64,000 nucleotides of DNA from Rubrivivax sp. (GCA_044224175.1 JBGAKY010000033.1:287-64286); one strand, 5' to 3'; positions 10,741-20,319 are shown, counted from the first letter of the stretch. Notes: generated by a model from the sequence alone, not told the origin. A program made the numbers and translations.

Positions 10741-12180
10741 ATGAACCGCTTCAGCCGTGGCCTGATCAACCGCTGGGCCCATCTCGGCCCGCGCTTCCTG
10801 CCGTTCGCCGACGCGGCGACGGCCGAACTCCCCCTGTCGCGCCTGCTGCGCCTGGCCCTGTTCCAGGTGTCGGTGGGCATGGCCCTGGTGCTGCTGGTCG
10901 GCACGCTCAACCGCGTGATGATCGTCGAGCTGCACGTGCCGACCACGCTGGTGGCGATGATGGTGGCGCTGCCGGTGCTCTATGCGCCGATGCGCGCGCT
11001 CATCGGCTACCGTTCCGACACCCACCGCTCGGCGCTCGGCTGGCGCCGCGTGCCCTTCATCTGGATGGGCACGCTCATCCAGTTCGGCGGCCTCGCCGTC
11101 ATGCCCTTCGCGCTGCTGGTGCTGGGCGGCGGCGGCAATGCCGCGGCATGGCCCACCTGGGTGGGGCAGGCGGGCGCGGCGGTGGCCTTCCTGCTCGTCG
11201 GCGCCGGGCTGCACACCACGCAGACCGCGGGCCTGGCGCTCACCACCGACCTGGCGCCGGTGGAATCGCAGCCGCGCGTCGTGGGCCTCATGTACGTCAT
11301 GCTGCTGCTGGGCACCATCGTCAGCGCCTTCGTCTTCGGCCTCGCGCTGGCCGACTTCACGCCCGGCCGCCTGGTGCAGGTGATCCAGGGCTGCGCCGTC
11401 GCCACGCTGGTGCTCAACACGGTGGCGCTGTGGAAGCAGGAGACGCGCAACCCGCGCCGCGGCGCCGAACGCGCGGCCGCGCCCGAGCCCGACTTCAAGG
11501 AAGCCTGGAGCCGCTACATCGAAGGCGACGGCACGCGCCGGCGCCTCGTCGCCATCGCGCTGGGCACGCTGGCCTTCAGCATGCAGGACGTGCTGCTCGA
11601 ACCCTACGGCGGCCAGATCCTGGGCATGTCGGTCGGCGGCACCACCTGGCTGAGCGCCACGCTGGCGGCCGGGGGGCTGTTCGGCTTCAGCTACGCGTCG
11701 GTGGTGCTCAGCCGCGGCGCCGACCCGGCGCGCATGGCGGCCATCGGCTCCTGGATCGGCGTGCCCGCCTTCCTGGCGGTGATGCTGGCGGCGACCACCC
11801 ATTCGGTGCCCGTGTTCACCGCCGGCGCGCTGTTCATCGGCGTGGGAGGCGGCATCTTCGGCCACGGCACGCTCACCGTCACGATGAACCGTGCGCCCGA
11901 GGAACAGGTCGGCCTGGCGCTCGGTGCCTGGGGCGCGGTGCAGGCCACCGCCGCCGGCGTGGGCATGGCCGCGGGCGGCCTGCTGCGCGACCTGGCCGGT
12001 GCCCTGGCCACCGAAGGCTGGTTCGGCCCTGCGCTGGCCGGCCCGGCCACCGGCTATGCTTTTGTCTACGCGCTGGAAGTCGTGCTGCTGCTGGCCAACG
12101 TCTTCGTGATGGGCGCACTGGTCGGCGACCACCGCCGGCTGAACCTCGGTCCCACCCTAGCTCCGGAGAGTGTCAAGTGA
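10741..12180 (+). CDS. pucC: PucC family (BCD MFS) LH2 assembly protein
   Basis: LPFADAAT.ELPLSRLLRLALFQVSVGM..LLVGTLNRVMIVEL; QDVLLEPYGG; about 12 TM segments; follows pucBA. Confidence 0.93.
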   Translation: MNRFSRGLINRWAHLGPRFLPFADAATAELPLSRLLRLALFQVSVGMALVLLVGTLNRVMIVELHVPTTLVAMMVALPVLYAPMRALIGYRSDTHRSALGWRRVPFIWMGTLIQFGGLAVMPFALLVLGGGGNAAAWPTWVGQAGAAVAFLLVGAGLHTTQTAGLALTTDLAPVESQPRVVGLMYVMLLLGTIVSAFVFGLALADFTPGRLVQVIQGCAVATLVLNTVALWKQETRNPRRGAERAAAPEPDFKEAWSRYIEGDGTRRRLVAIALGTLAFSMQDVLLEPYGGQILGMSVGGTTWLSATLAAGGLFGFSYASVVLSRGADPARMAAIGSWIGVPAFLAVMLAATTHSVPVFTAGALFIGVGGGIFGHGTLTVTMNRAPEEQVGLALGAWGAVQATAAGVGMAAGGLLRDLAGALATEGWFGPALAGPATGYAFVYALEVVLLLANVFVMGALVGDHRRLNLGPTLAPESVK

Positions 12181-12278
12181 AGGTCACCACCATCCTGTTC
12201 GCGCTTTGGTTCATCGTGTTCCTGTTCTGGGTGGCGCGCCAGTTCAAGGCCCACAACCAGCGCACCGAACGCAAGTGA
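12177..12278 (+). CDS. 33-aa single-TM small protein translationally coupled to pucC
   Basis: GTG overlaps the pucC stop (GTGA); RBS GGAGAG 6 nt upstream; MKVTTILFALWFIVFLFWVARQFKAHNQRTERK; GC-rich third codon positions. Confidence 0.55.
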   Translation: MKVTTILFALWFIVFLFWVARQFKAHNQRTERK

Positions 12279-12282
12279 ACCG

Positions 12283-12489
12283 CTAGCGCCGGCGCAGCAG
12301 CCGGTCGGCGAACGAAGCGGCCAACAGCGCGCAGATCACGCCGCCGTTGAGCCCCGTCACGGCGCCGAATCCCCAGCCCGCGACCTGGAAGCCGAAGTCG
12401 AAGCTGAACTTCGCGCCGGCCACGCCGGCGACGAGGCCGATGGCCCACACCAGCCAGCGCGGCGGTCGGGTCCCGGGGCTCGTTTCCAT
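12283..12489 (-). CDS. Small membrane protein (2 Gly-rich TM segments)
   Basis: METSPGTRPPRWLVWAIGLVAGVAG..GAVTGLNGGVICALLAA; converges on the puc operon. Confidence 0.55.
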   Translation of the reverse strand: METSPGTRPPRWLVWAIGLVAGVAGAKFSFDFGFQVAGWGFGAVTGLNGGVICALLAASFADRLLRRR

Positions 12490-12545
12490 GCGGTCGATTC
12501 TAGGCACGGCGTAGCATGGTGGTCCCCATTCCCGAGGAGCCCGTC

Positions 12546-13439
12546 ATGCAAGGCTGCGCCTGGGTCGACGGCGAATTCGTCGCCCCCGAAGACGCGAAGA
12601 TCTCGATCTTCGACTGGGGCTTCCTGCATGGCGACGCCACCTACGACGTGGCGCATGTCTGGCAGGGCCGCTTCTTCCGCCTGGACGACCACCTGACGCG
12701 CTTCGAGGCCAGCCTGAAGGCGCTGCGCCTGGACCCCGGGGTCACGCGCGAACGCATGCGCGAGGCGATGCACGAGTGCGTGCGCCGCGCCGGCCTGCGC
12801 GAAGCCTATGTCGAGGTGCTGTGCACGCGCGGCCGGCCGGCGCCGGGCTCGCGCGACCCGCGCACCTGCAGCAACCGCTTCATGGCCTTCGCGATCCCCT
12901 TCGTCTGGATCGCCGACCCCGACAAGCAGCGCCGCGGGATCGACCTGGTGGTGGGTTCGCCGCAACGCATCCCTGCTTCCAGCGTGGACCCGCGGGTCAA
13001 GAACTATCACTGGCTCGACTTCGTGGCGGGCCTCTTCGAGGCCTACGAGCGGGGCGGCGAAACCGTCGTGCTGACCGACGGCGCCGGCCACGTCACCGAA
13101 GGACCGGGCTTCAACGTCTTCGTCGTCAAGGGGCGCACGGTGGCCACCGCGGCCGGCGGCGTGCTCGAAGGCGTGTCGCGCCGCACGGTGATCGAGCTGG
13201 CGCAGGCCGCCGGGCTGGAAGTGCAACAGCGCGCGGTCGGCGTCGACGAGCTGCGTCAGGCCGACGAGGTGTTCCTCAGCAGCACCGGCGGCGGCGTGAT
13301 CCCGATCGCCTCGGTCGACGGCGTGCCGGTGGCGGGGCGCCCCAAAGGCCGCTTCGGGCCGGTGAGCGAACGGCTGCAGCAGGCCTACTGGGCGCTGCAC
13401 GAGGACGCGCGCTACACCGAGCCGGTGCGCTATCAGTAG
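12546..13439 (+). CDS. Class IV PLP aminotransferase, (R)-amine transaminase-like
   Basis: DWGFLHGDATYDV, FRLDDHL.RF, AYVEVLCTRG, DPRVKNYHW (PLP Lys), TEGPGFN, LEGVSR, LSSTGGG; RBS GAGGAG. Confidence 0.88.
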   Translation: MQGCAWVDGEFVAPEDAKISIFDWGFLHGDATYDVAHVWQGRFFRLDDHLTRFEASLKALRLDPGVTRERMREAMHECVRRAGLREAYVEVLCTRGRPAPGSRDPRTCSNRFMAFAIPFVWIADPDKQRRGIDLVVGSPQRIPASSVDPRVKNYHWLDFVAGLFEAYERGGETVVLTDGAGHVTEGPGFNVFVVKGRTVATAAGGVLEGVSRRTVIELAQAAGLEVQQRAVGVDELRQADEVFLSSTGGGVIPIASVDGVPVAGRPKGRFGPVSERLQQAYWALHEDARYTEPVRYQ

Positions 13440-14332
13440 GAAAGCTGAACCGTCAGCAGGCTGCCGCTCTGGCGGCGCGGCTGCAGCGCCGGGGCGATGC
13501 GGCCCAGGTCCAGCCAGCTGAAGCTGACCGACAGGTCGGCGCGCGGCTGCCAGCGGGCCCAGGCGTCGAACCAGCCGTCTTCCTTCAGCGCGCCGGTGCC
13601 CAGCACGCTGTGGTTCAGGTTGTCGGGCTTGGCGCGCGCTTCCAGGCCGAGCGTGAAGCGCGGCGACGCCTGCCACGCGACCGAGAACTCGGGCGCGAAC
13701 TTCGTGCCGCCACCGTGCCGGCCGCCGAAGCCCAGCAGGCCGTTCTGGTTGGCGCGCGTGGCGCGCAGCGTGGCGTTGAGCACCAGGCCTTCGTCGGCGA
13801 ACCAGCGGGTCGCGGTGGCGTACAGCTCGAAGCCGCTGCAGCGCGCGCCCAGCGAGTCCACCAGCATCGGCTCCAGCGCGCCGGCCGACGTGCGCTTGCG
13901 CAGCAGGCCCAGGGCCAGCCAGCTGGCGCTGCTGCCCTCTTCGCGCTGCTCGGGACCGGCGACGCGCCATTTGAGGCCGGCCACGTCCTGCCGCAGGCGC
14001 TGGTCCACCAGCCCCAGCGAAGCCAGGCTGCCGCGGGCGTCGAACAGCTGGCGCGCCAGCGAAAGCTCCAGGCGCGGCGCCACCCGCACCGCGCCGCCGC
14101 GCAGGGCCAGCTGGTAGTCGAAGGTGCGCGTGCTGCGCATGAAGCCGCGGGCGCCGGGGGCCAGCGGGTCGTCTTCCGACAGCGGCATGGCCCAGGGCGT
14201 GATGCCGCCGCCGGCCGCGCCGTCGATGCTGGCGGGACCGGCCTCGGGCAGCCAGCCCGCGGCGCGCGCCGCGGCGGCGGCACCGATCGCAAGGCGTGCG
14301 ATGAGCAGGGTGCGCAGCAGCGTCTTTCGCAT
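13433..14332 (-). CDS. DUF3034-family outer-membrane beta-barrel-like protein
   Basis: Signal peptide; GAAGGGITPWA, ANQNGLLGFGG, KPDNL; C-terminal VQLSY aromatic end. Confidence 0.75.
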   Translation of the reverse strand: MRKTLLRTLLIARLAIGAAAAARAAGWLPEAGPASIDGAAGGGITPWAMPLSEDDPLAPGARGFMRSTRTFDYQLALRGGAVRVAPRLELSLARQLFDARGSLASLGLVDQRLRQDVAGLKWRVAGPEQREEGSSASWLALGLLRKRTSAGALEPMLVDSLGARCSGFELYATATRWFADEGLVLNATLRATRANQNGLLGFGGRHGGGTKFAPEFSVAWQASPRFTLGLEARAKPDNLNHSVLGTGALKEDGWFDAWARWQPRADLSVSFSWLDLGRIAPALQPRRQSGSLLTVQLSY

Positions 14333-14429
14333 GCAGCGCAAGGTAGGCGGGGCACGGCCGGCGTCCTATCCCCAGTCCTTCAATGCAAGCCCATCCGGAT
14401 GCCTCTTGCGTGGCATCGTGCACATCCGG

Positions 14430-15155
14430 CTATGCGCCGCCCAGCGCCGCCGTCAGTGCCTGCGCCGCTTCGCGCAGCGCCGCGGCCGGCGCACCACCCG
14501 GCCGCACGTCGAAGCTGGCGCTGGGCCCGATGGCGGTGAGCGCCAGTACGATGCGCCCGCCCGCGAGCACCGGCGCCGCCAGCCCGCTGACCCCGGGCAC
14601 CGCCGCGTCGACCGCGCTGCTGATGCCCTGCCGGCGCACCGCCTCCAGTTCGGCTTCGAAGGCGGCGTCCAGCGTGCCGGCACCCGCGGCGCGCACTGCG
14701 GCGCGCGGCAGGTGGGCGGCGAACAAGCGGCCGGAAGCGGTGCCGCGCACGCTCATCACCGCGCCATGGCGCATGGTCACGTGCACCGCGGTTGGCGCGG
14801 TCTCCACCCGCACGATGGTGGGCCCGCGTTCGCCCCAGACCGCGATCGCCACCGTCTGGCCCAGTGCCTGCGCCAGCGCGGGCAGGCGTTCGGTGGCCAG
14901 CCGGATGGGGTCGAACTGCTGCAGGCTGATCAGGCCCAGCTGCATGGCCAGCGGGCCCAGGCCGTAGTGGCCGCTGGTGGCGTCCTGGTTGATGAGGCCC
15001 AGCTTGCCGAAGCTCACCAGGTAGGGGTGCGCCTTGGCGGGCGGCATCTCCGCCGCCTGCGCCAGGTCCTTCAACGGCAGCGGCCGGCCGGCTTCGGCCA
15101 GCGCCAGCAGCAGGCGGCCGCCGACCTCGACGCTCTGGATGCCTCTTTGGGTCAT
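14430..15155 (-). CDS. IclR-family transcriptional regulator
   Basis: GIQSVEVGGRLL, HTH KAHPYLVSF, YGLGP, GTASGRLFAA. Confidence 0.93.
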   Translation of the reverse strand: MTQRGIQSVEVGGRLLLALAEAGRPLPLKDLAQAAEMPPAKAHPYLVSFGKLGLINQDATSGHYGLGPLAMQLGLISLQQFDPIRLATERLPALAQALGQTVAIAVWGERGPTIVRVETAPTAVHVTMRHGAVMSVRGTASGRLFAAHLPRAAVRAAGAGTLDAAFEAELEAVRRQGISSAVDAAVPGVSGLAAPVLAGGRIVLALTAIGPSASFDVRPGGAPAAALREAAQALTAALGGA

Positions 15156-15190
15156 GGCGAATGTTCTACCAAAACAAACGGATTAGACAA

Positions 15191-15208
15191 TAGCAAATCA
15201 ATTGGCTA
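15191..15208. promoter_or_regulatory. Imperfect palindrome in the AT-rich divergent promoter, candidate IclR operator
   Basis: TAGCAAATCAATTGGCTA, 14 of 18 positions self-complementary. Confidence 0.45.
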
Positions 15209-15241
15209 TGATCTAACCCGCACCGACACCGGAGACAAGCC

Positions 15242-15781
15242 ATGCAGATCGCCCGCATCCACCACGTCGCCTACCGCTGCAAGGACGCGAAGCAGACCGT
15301 CGAGTGGTACCGCCAGCACCTGGGCATGGACTTCGTGCTCGCCATCGCCGAAGACCAGGTGCCTTCCACCCACGCGCCAGACCCGTACATGCACGTGTTC
15401 CTGGACGCCGGCGGCGGCAACATCCTGGCCTTCTTCGAACTGCCCAACTCGCCGGCGATGGGCCGCGACACCAACACGCCGGATTGGGTGCAGCACATCG
15501 CCTTCAAGGTCGACAGCGTGAAGACGCTGGAAGACACCAAGGCGCGGCTGGAAGCGGCCGGCATCCCGGTGGTGGGCGTGACCGACCACACCATCTTCAA
15601 GTCGATCTACTTCTTCGACCCCAACGGCCACCGGGTGGAACTGGCGGCCGACACCGCCACCGCCGAAATGCAGCAGAAGCTGGACGCCGTGAAGTGGGAC
15701 ATGCTGGAAGAGTGGAGCCGCACGCGCCGCGCACCCAAGCACGCGGCCTGGATGCACGAGAAGGAATTCGCCGGCGCCTGA
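15242..15781 (+). CDS. VOC/glyoxalase-family protein
   Basis: IHHVAYRC, HVFLDAGGGNILAFFE, QHIAF, SIYFFDPNGHRVELA. Confidence 0.9.
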   Translation: MQIARIHHVAYRCKDAKQTVEWYRQHLGMDFVLAIAEDQVPSTHAPDPYMHVFLDAGGGNILAFFELPNSPAMGRDTNTPDWVQHIAFKVDSVKTLEDTKARLEAAGIPVVGVTDHTIFKSIYFFDPNGHRVELAADTATAEMQQKLDAVKWDMLEEWSRTRRAPKHAAWMHEKEFAGA

Positions 15782-15800
15782 GGCGGGCGGAGCGCGCACG

Positions 15801-17405
15801 ATGTTGCACACCTACTCCTACCCCCGCTTTCCCTACGCCCGGAGCGAAGAGCAGAAGAGCGGCCGCCCCGAACGCCACCCGGTGGTGATCATCGGCGCCG
15901 GCCCCATCGGCCTGACGATGGCGCTGGACTGCGCCGCGCGCGGCATCCGCTGCGTCATCGTCGACGACAACGACACCGTGAGCATCGGCTCGCGCGCGGT
16001 CTGCTATGCCAAGCGCCCGCTCGAGATCTGGGACCGCCTGGGCGTGGCCGCGCCGATGGTCGAGCGCGGCGTGCGCTGGCAGGTCGGCAAGGTCTTCATG
16101 GACGAGGAACTGGTCTACCGCTTCGACCTGCTGCCCGAGCCGCACCACAAGCAGCCGGCCATGATCAACCTGCAGCAGTACTACCTGGAGGAGACGCTGG
16201 TCGACGCCTGCCAGCGTTCGCCGCTGGTCGACCTGCGCTGGAAGCACCGGCTGCTGTCGCTGCAGCAGCACGACGACCACGCGGTGCTGAGCATCGAGAC
16301 GCCCGACGGCATCTTCCGCACCGAAGCGCAGTGGGTTGTCGCCTGCGACGGCGCCAACAGCGACGTGCGGCGCATGGTGGGCGCGCAGTTCAGCGGCCAG
16401 TTCTTCCAGGACCGCTTCCTCATCGCCGACGTGGTGATGAAGGCCGAGTTCCCCACCGAACGCTGGTTCTGGTTCGACCCGCCCTTCCACCGCGGCCAGA
16501 GCGTGCTGCTGCACAAGCAGTGCGACAACGTCTGGCGCATCGACTTCCAGCTCGGCTGGAACGCCGACCCCGAAGAAGAGAAGAAGCCCGAGCGCGTGAT
16601 CCCGCGCATCCAGGCCATGCTGGGCCCGAAGGCCGAGTTCGAGCTCGAATGGGTCTCGGTCTACCAGTTCGCCTGCCGCCGGGTGGACAACTTCCGCTAC
16701 GGCCGCGTGCTCTTCGCCGGCGACGCCGCGCACCAGGTCTCGCCCTTCGGCGCGCGCGGCGCCAACACCGGCGTGCAGGACTGCGACAACCTGGCCTGGA
16801 AGCTGGCGCTGGTGCTGCAGGGCGCGGCGCCCGAGTCGCTGGTCGACAGTTACCACGCCGAACGTGCGTACGCGGCCGACGACAACCTGCTCAACTCCAC
16901 CCGCAGCACCGACTTCATCACCCCGAAGAGCCGCACCAGCCGCGTGCTGCGCAACGCGGTGCTGGAACTGGCGCGCACCGAGGCCTTCGCGCGGCCGCTG
17001 GTCAACAGCGGGCGGCTTTCCACGCCCACGCCCTACCTGCAGTCGACCCTGAACACGCCCGACGAGGACGCCTTCGCCGGCCGCATGAAGCCGGGCACCA
17101 ACTGCGCCGACGCGCCGGTGCGCGCCGGCGGCCGCAACGGCTGGCTGCTCGACCACCTGGGCGGCGGCTTCCGGCTGCTGGCCTTCGGGCCCGGTGCCGC
17201 CGAAGTGGCCTGTGGCAGCGTGCGGGCGAGCGTGCTGCAGGTCGGCCGCGATCTCGAAGACGCCGAAGGCGTGCTGGCCGAGCGCTACGACGCGAAGCCC
17301 GGCACGGTCTACCTGATCCGTCCCGACCAGCACGTGGCCGCCCGCTGGCGCCGCTTCGACGCCGCCAAGGTGCAGGCCGCGCTGTCCCGCTGCCTGAACG
17401 CCTGA
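15801..17405 (+). CDS. FAD-dependent aromatic monooxygenase (MhpA/PheA-like)
   Basis: GAGPIG, ACDGANS, FAGDAAHQVSPFGARGANTG, C-terminal LIRPDQHVA. Confidence 0.9.
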   Translation: MLHTYSYPRFPYARSEEQKSGRPERHPVVIIGAGPIGLTMALDCAARGIRCVIVDDNDTVSIGSRAVCYAKRPLEIWDRLGVAAPMVERGVRWQVGKVFMDEELVYRFDLLPEPHHKQPAMINLQQYYLEETLVDACQRSPLVDLRWKHRLLSLQQHDDHAVLSIETPDGIFRTEAQWVVACDGANSDVRRMVGAQFSGQFFQDRFLIADVVMKAEFPTERWFWFDPPFHRGQSVLLHKQCDNVWRIDFQLGWNADPEEEKKPERVIPRIQAMLGPKAEFELEWVSVYQFACRRVDNFRYGRVLFAGDAAHQVSPFGARGANTGVQDCDNLAWKLALVLQGAAPESLVDSYHAERAYAADDNLLNSTRSTDFITPKSRTSRVLRNAVLELARTEAFARPLVNSGRLSTPTPYLQSTLNTPDEDAFAGRMKPGTNCADAPVRAGGRNGWLLDHLGGGFRLLAFGPGAAEVACGSVRASVLQVGRDLEDAEGVLAERYDAKPGTVYLIRPDQHVAARWRRFDAAKVQAALSRCLNA

Positions 17406-17413
17406 GGTCCGCC

Positions 17414-17620
17414 ATGCCGCTGAACCGCCACCCCAACATCGCCGACCCCGACGGCTTCTACGAGGAACTCATCGGTGCCCAGCGCGACCTGGACGAAGCC
17501 GCGGCCGAGTCCTTCGTCGCCCGGCTGGCGCTGATCCTGGCCAATCACGTGGGCGATCGACAGGTATTGAGCGAAGCCTTGGCGCTGGCCCGAGGGGCGC
17601 CCCACAATCCGGGCGCATGA
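17414..17620 (+). CDS. DUF2783 small protein
   Basis: PDGFYEELIGAQRDL..ARLALILANHVGD; its stop overlaps the fahA start (ATGA). Confidence 0.85.
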   Translation: MPLNRHPNIADPDGFYEELIGAQRDLDEAAAESFVARLALILANHVGDRQVLSEALALARGAPHNPGA

Positions 17621-18909
17621 ATGTTGCCGACGCCACCCACGACCCCGCACTTCGCAGCTGGGTGGCTTCGGCCAACGAGCCGGGCACCGACTTCCCGGTC
17701 CAGAACCTGCCCTTCGCGCGCTTCCGTCGCCGCAAGGTCGACGAGCCCTGGCGCATCGGCGTCGCCATCGGCGACATGGTGCTGGACCTGAAGCTGGCTT
17801 CGCACCAGTGCCCCTGGGCCGACGAGATCTACCCGCTGCTGGAACCGCTGGAGGCCGGTGAGCTGAATCCCTTCATCGCCGCCGGCCGCACGGCCTGGCG
17901 TGCGATGCGTGCAGCGCTGTCGATGGCGCTGGCCGAAGGCAGCGAGCAGGGCCCCTTCCTGGAGCTGTGCCTGGTGCCGATGAAGCAGGTCGAGTATTCA
18001 CTGCCCTGCCGCATCCACGACTACACCGACTTCTTCGCCGGCATCCATCACGCCACCGCCGCCGGCCGCCTGCTGCGGCCGGACGCACCGCTGCTGCCCA
18101 ACTACAAATGGGTGCCCATCGGCTACCACGGGCGTGCCTCGTCCATCGGCATCGGCGGCAACGTGAAGCGCCCCAAGGGGCAGCTGCGCACCAGCAGCGG
18201 CGAACCCGTCTACGGTCCCACGCGGCGGCTGGACTACGAGCTGGAGATGGGGCTCATCGTCGGCCCCGGCAACGCGCAGGGCGAGACCATCCCCATCGAC
18301 CAGGCCGAGGACCACCTGTTCGGCATGGTGGTGCTCAACGACTGGTCGGCGCGCGACATCCAGGCCTGGGAATACCAGCCGCTGGGACCCTTCCTGGCCA
18401 AGAGCTTCGCCACGTCGATCTCGCCCTGGATCGTCACGATGGAAGCCCTGGCGCCGTTCCGCCGCCCCTTCGTGCGGCCCGAAGGCGACCCGGCGCCGCT
18501 GCCCTACCTGGACTCGGCCTTCAACCGTGAAGCGGGCGCGCTGGACATCGCACTCGAAGCCTGGATCCGCACGCCCGAGATGGCACGCCCGCAACGCCTG
18601 TCGCGTTCCAGCCTGCTCGACGCCTACTGGACGCCGGCGCAGCTGCTGGCCCACCACGCCAGCAACGGCTGCAACCTGCAGCCGGGCGACCTGCTGGGCA
18701 CCGGCACGATTTCCGGCCCGGCACCGGAGCAGGGCGGTTCGCTGCTGGAACTCACGCAGGGCGGCAAGCAGCCGCTCACGCTGCCCGGCGGCGTCCAGCG
18801 CAGCTTCCTGGAAGACGGCGACCTGGTCGCGCTGCGCGCCTGCTGCGAAGCGCCGGGCGCGGTGCGCATCGGCTTCGGTCCTGTGAGCGGCACCATCGTG
18901 CCGGCCTGA
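17617..18909 (+). CDS. fahA: Fumarylacetoacetase
   Basis: FPVQNLPF, DYTDFFAGIHHA, PIGYHGRASS, LDYELE, NDWSARDIQAWEYQPLGPFLAKSF, GTGTISG. Confidence 0.93.
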   Translation: MNVADATHDPALRSWVASANEPGTDFPVQNLPFARFRRRKVDEPWRIGVAIGDMVLDLKLASHQCPWADEIYPLLEPLEAGELNPFIAAGRTAWRAMRAALSMALAEGSEQGPFLELCLVPMKQVEYSLPCRIHDYTDFFAGIHHATAAGRLLRPDAPLLPNYKWVPIGYHGRASSIGIGGNVKRPKGQLRTSSGEPVYGPTRRLDYELEMGLIVGPGNAQGETIPIDQAEDHLFGMVVLNDWSARDIQAWEYQPLGPFLAKSFATSISPWIVTMEALAPFRRPFVRPEGDPAPLPYLDSAFNREAGALDIALEAWIRTPEMARPQRLSRSSLLDAYWTPAQLLAHHASNGCNLQPGDLLGTGTISGPAPEQGGSLLELTQGGKQPLTLPGGVQRSFLEDGDLVALRACCEAPGAVRIGFGPVSGTIVPA

Positions 18910-19004
18910 GGCGCACCGCCGCCCGTCTGTACTAGATCAAGGCCGCGCCACGCAGGGCCGGTTCCAATGCAGCCTCCCGAAGCCTGCCCCGAAGGGCCCG
19001 CTGC

Positions 19005-20234
19005 ATGAATGACCGTGACTGCCCATCGATCGAGACCCTGAAATCGCTGCTCGCCGGCGGGCCGCTGGCGCCGCTGCGGCTGGGCGGGCGCGAGCTGCTG
19101 CCCATCGTGCAGGGCGGCATGGGCGTGGGCGTCTCGGCGCACCGGCTGGCCGGCAGCGTGGCGGCGCTGGGCGCGGTGGGCACGCTGTCGTCGGTGGACC
19201 TGCGGCGCCTGCATCCCGACCTGATGGAACGCACGCGCGAACACCACGCCGGCCGCCAGGGCGAGGCCTCGCGCCGCGCCATCGTCGACGCCAACCTCGA
19301 AGCGCTGGAACGCGAGATCCGCGCCGCGCGCGAACTCTCACAGGGCCGCGGCCTGCTGGCCGTGAACGTGATGCGTGCGCTCAGCGACTACGCCGAAGCC
19401 GTGCAGCGTGCGCTCGAATGCGGCATCGACGCGGTGGTGGTGGGCGCCGGCCTGCCGCTGGACCTGCCCGACCTGGCGAAGGACTTCCCGAAGGCGCTGC
19501 TGGTGCCGATCCTCTCCGACGCGCGCGGCGTCGCGCTGGTGGTGAAGAAGTGGGAACGCAAGCAGCGCCTCCCCGACGCCATCGTCATCGAACACCCCCG
19601 GCATGCCGGCGGCCACCTGGGCGCGGCGAAGATCGCCGACCTGGGCGACCCGCGCTTCGAGTTCGAGTCCGTGATCCCGGCGGCGCGCGAATTCCTGCGC
19701 CATGCCGGCATCGAACGCGAGGTGCCCCTCATCGCCGCCGGCGGCATCCGGCGCTTCGAGGACATCGCGCGCCTGCAGGCGCTGGGCGCGGCCGGCGTGC
19801 AGCTGGGCACGCCCTTCGTCGCCACCGAGGAGTGCGACGCCCACCCCGAGTTCAAGCGCGTGCTCGCCGAGGCGAAGGACGAGGACATGGTCGAGTTCAC
19901 CAGCGTCGCCGGCCTGCCGGCGCGTGCGGTGCGCACGCCCTGGCTGGCCAGCTACCTGCGCGCCGAGCCGCGGCTGCAGGCGCAGGCGCACAAGAAGCCG
20001 CGTTGCACGCTGGCCTGGGACTGCCTGGCCCAGTGCGGCCTGCGCGACGGTCTGGCGGGCTGGGGCCAGTTCTGCATCGACACGCAGCTGGCGGCCGGCC
20101 TGCGCGGCGACGTGAAGAAGGGCCTGTTTTTCCGCGGCGCCGGCGCGCTGCCCTTCGGCGAGCGCATCGTCGCGGTACGCGACCTGATCGAACGCCTGCT
20201 GACCCCGGGAATACCCCTCGGCGCGACTTCGTGA
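19005..20234 (+). CDS. Nitronate monooxygenase-family (YrpB/FabK-like) flavin oxidoreductase
   Basis: PIVQGGMGVGVS, GAGLP, AGGHLG, IAAGGI, VQLGTPF, FCIDTQL, GLFFRG. Confidence 0.88.
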   Translation: MNDRDCPSIETLKSLLAGGPLAPLRLGGRELLPIVQGGMGVGVSAHRLAGSVAALGAVGTLSSVDLRRLHPDLMERTREHHAGRQGEASRRAIVDANLEALEREIRAARELSQGRGLLAVNVMRALSDYAEAVQRALECGIDAVVVGAGLPLDLPDLAKDFPKALLVPILSDARGVALVVKKWERKQRLPDAIVIEHPRHAGGHLGAAKIADLGDPRFEFESVIPAAREFLRHAGIEREVPLIAAGGIRRFEDIARLQALGAAGVQLGTPFVATEECDAHPEFKRVLAEAKDEDMVEFTSVAGLPARAVRTPWLASYLRAEPRLQAQAHKKPRCTLAWDCLAQCGLRDGLAGWGQFCIDTQLAAGLRGDVKKGLFFRGAGALPFGERIVAVRDLIERLLTPGIPLGATS

Positions 20235-20319
20235 TGCGCGCGACTTGAGCAGCGACAAAGTGCCGTTCCCCGTCGCTGCCTAGATTCGCAGCTCGTTCCC
20301 TGTGTTAGGAGTGTCCGCC

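Noticed and set aside
18927-18940. FNR-like boxes upstream of NMO (18927) and USP (20245)
   Set aside because: Only one good half-site or 7/10 matches; too weak to call.
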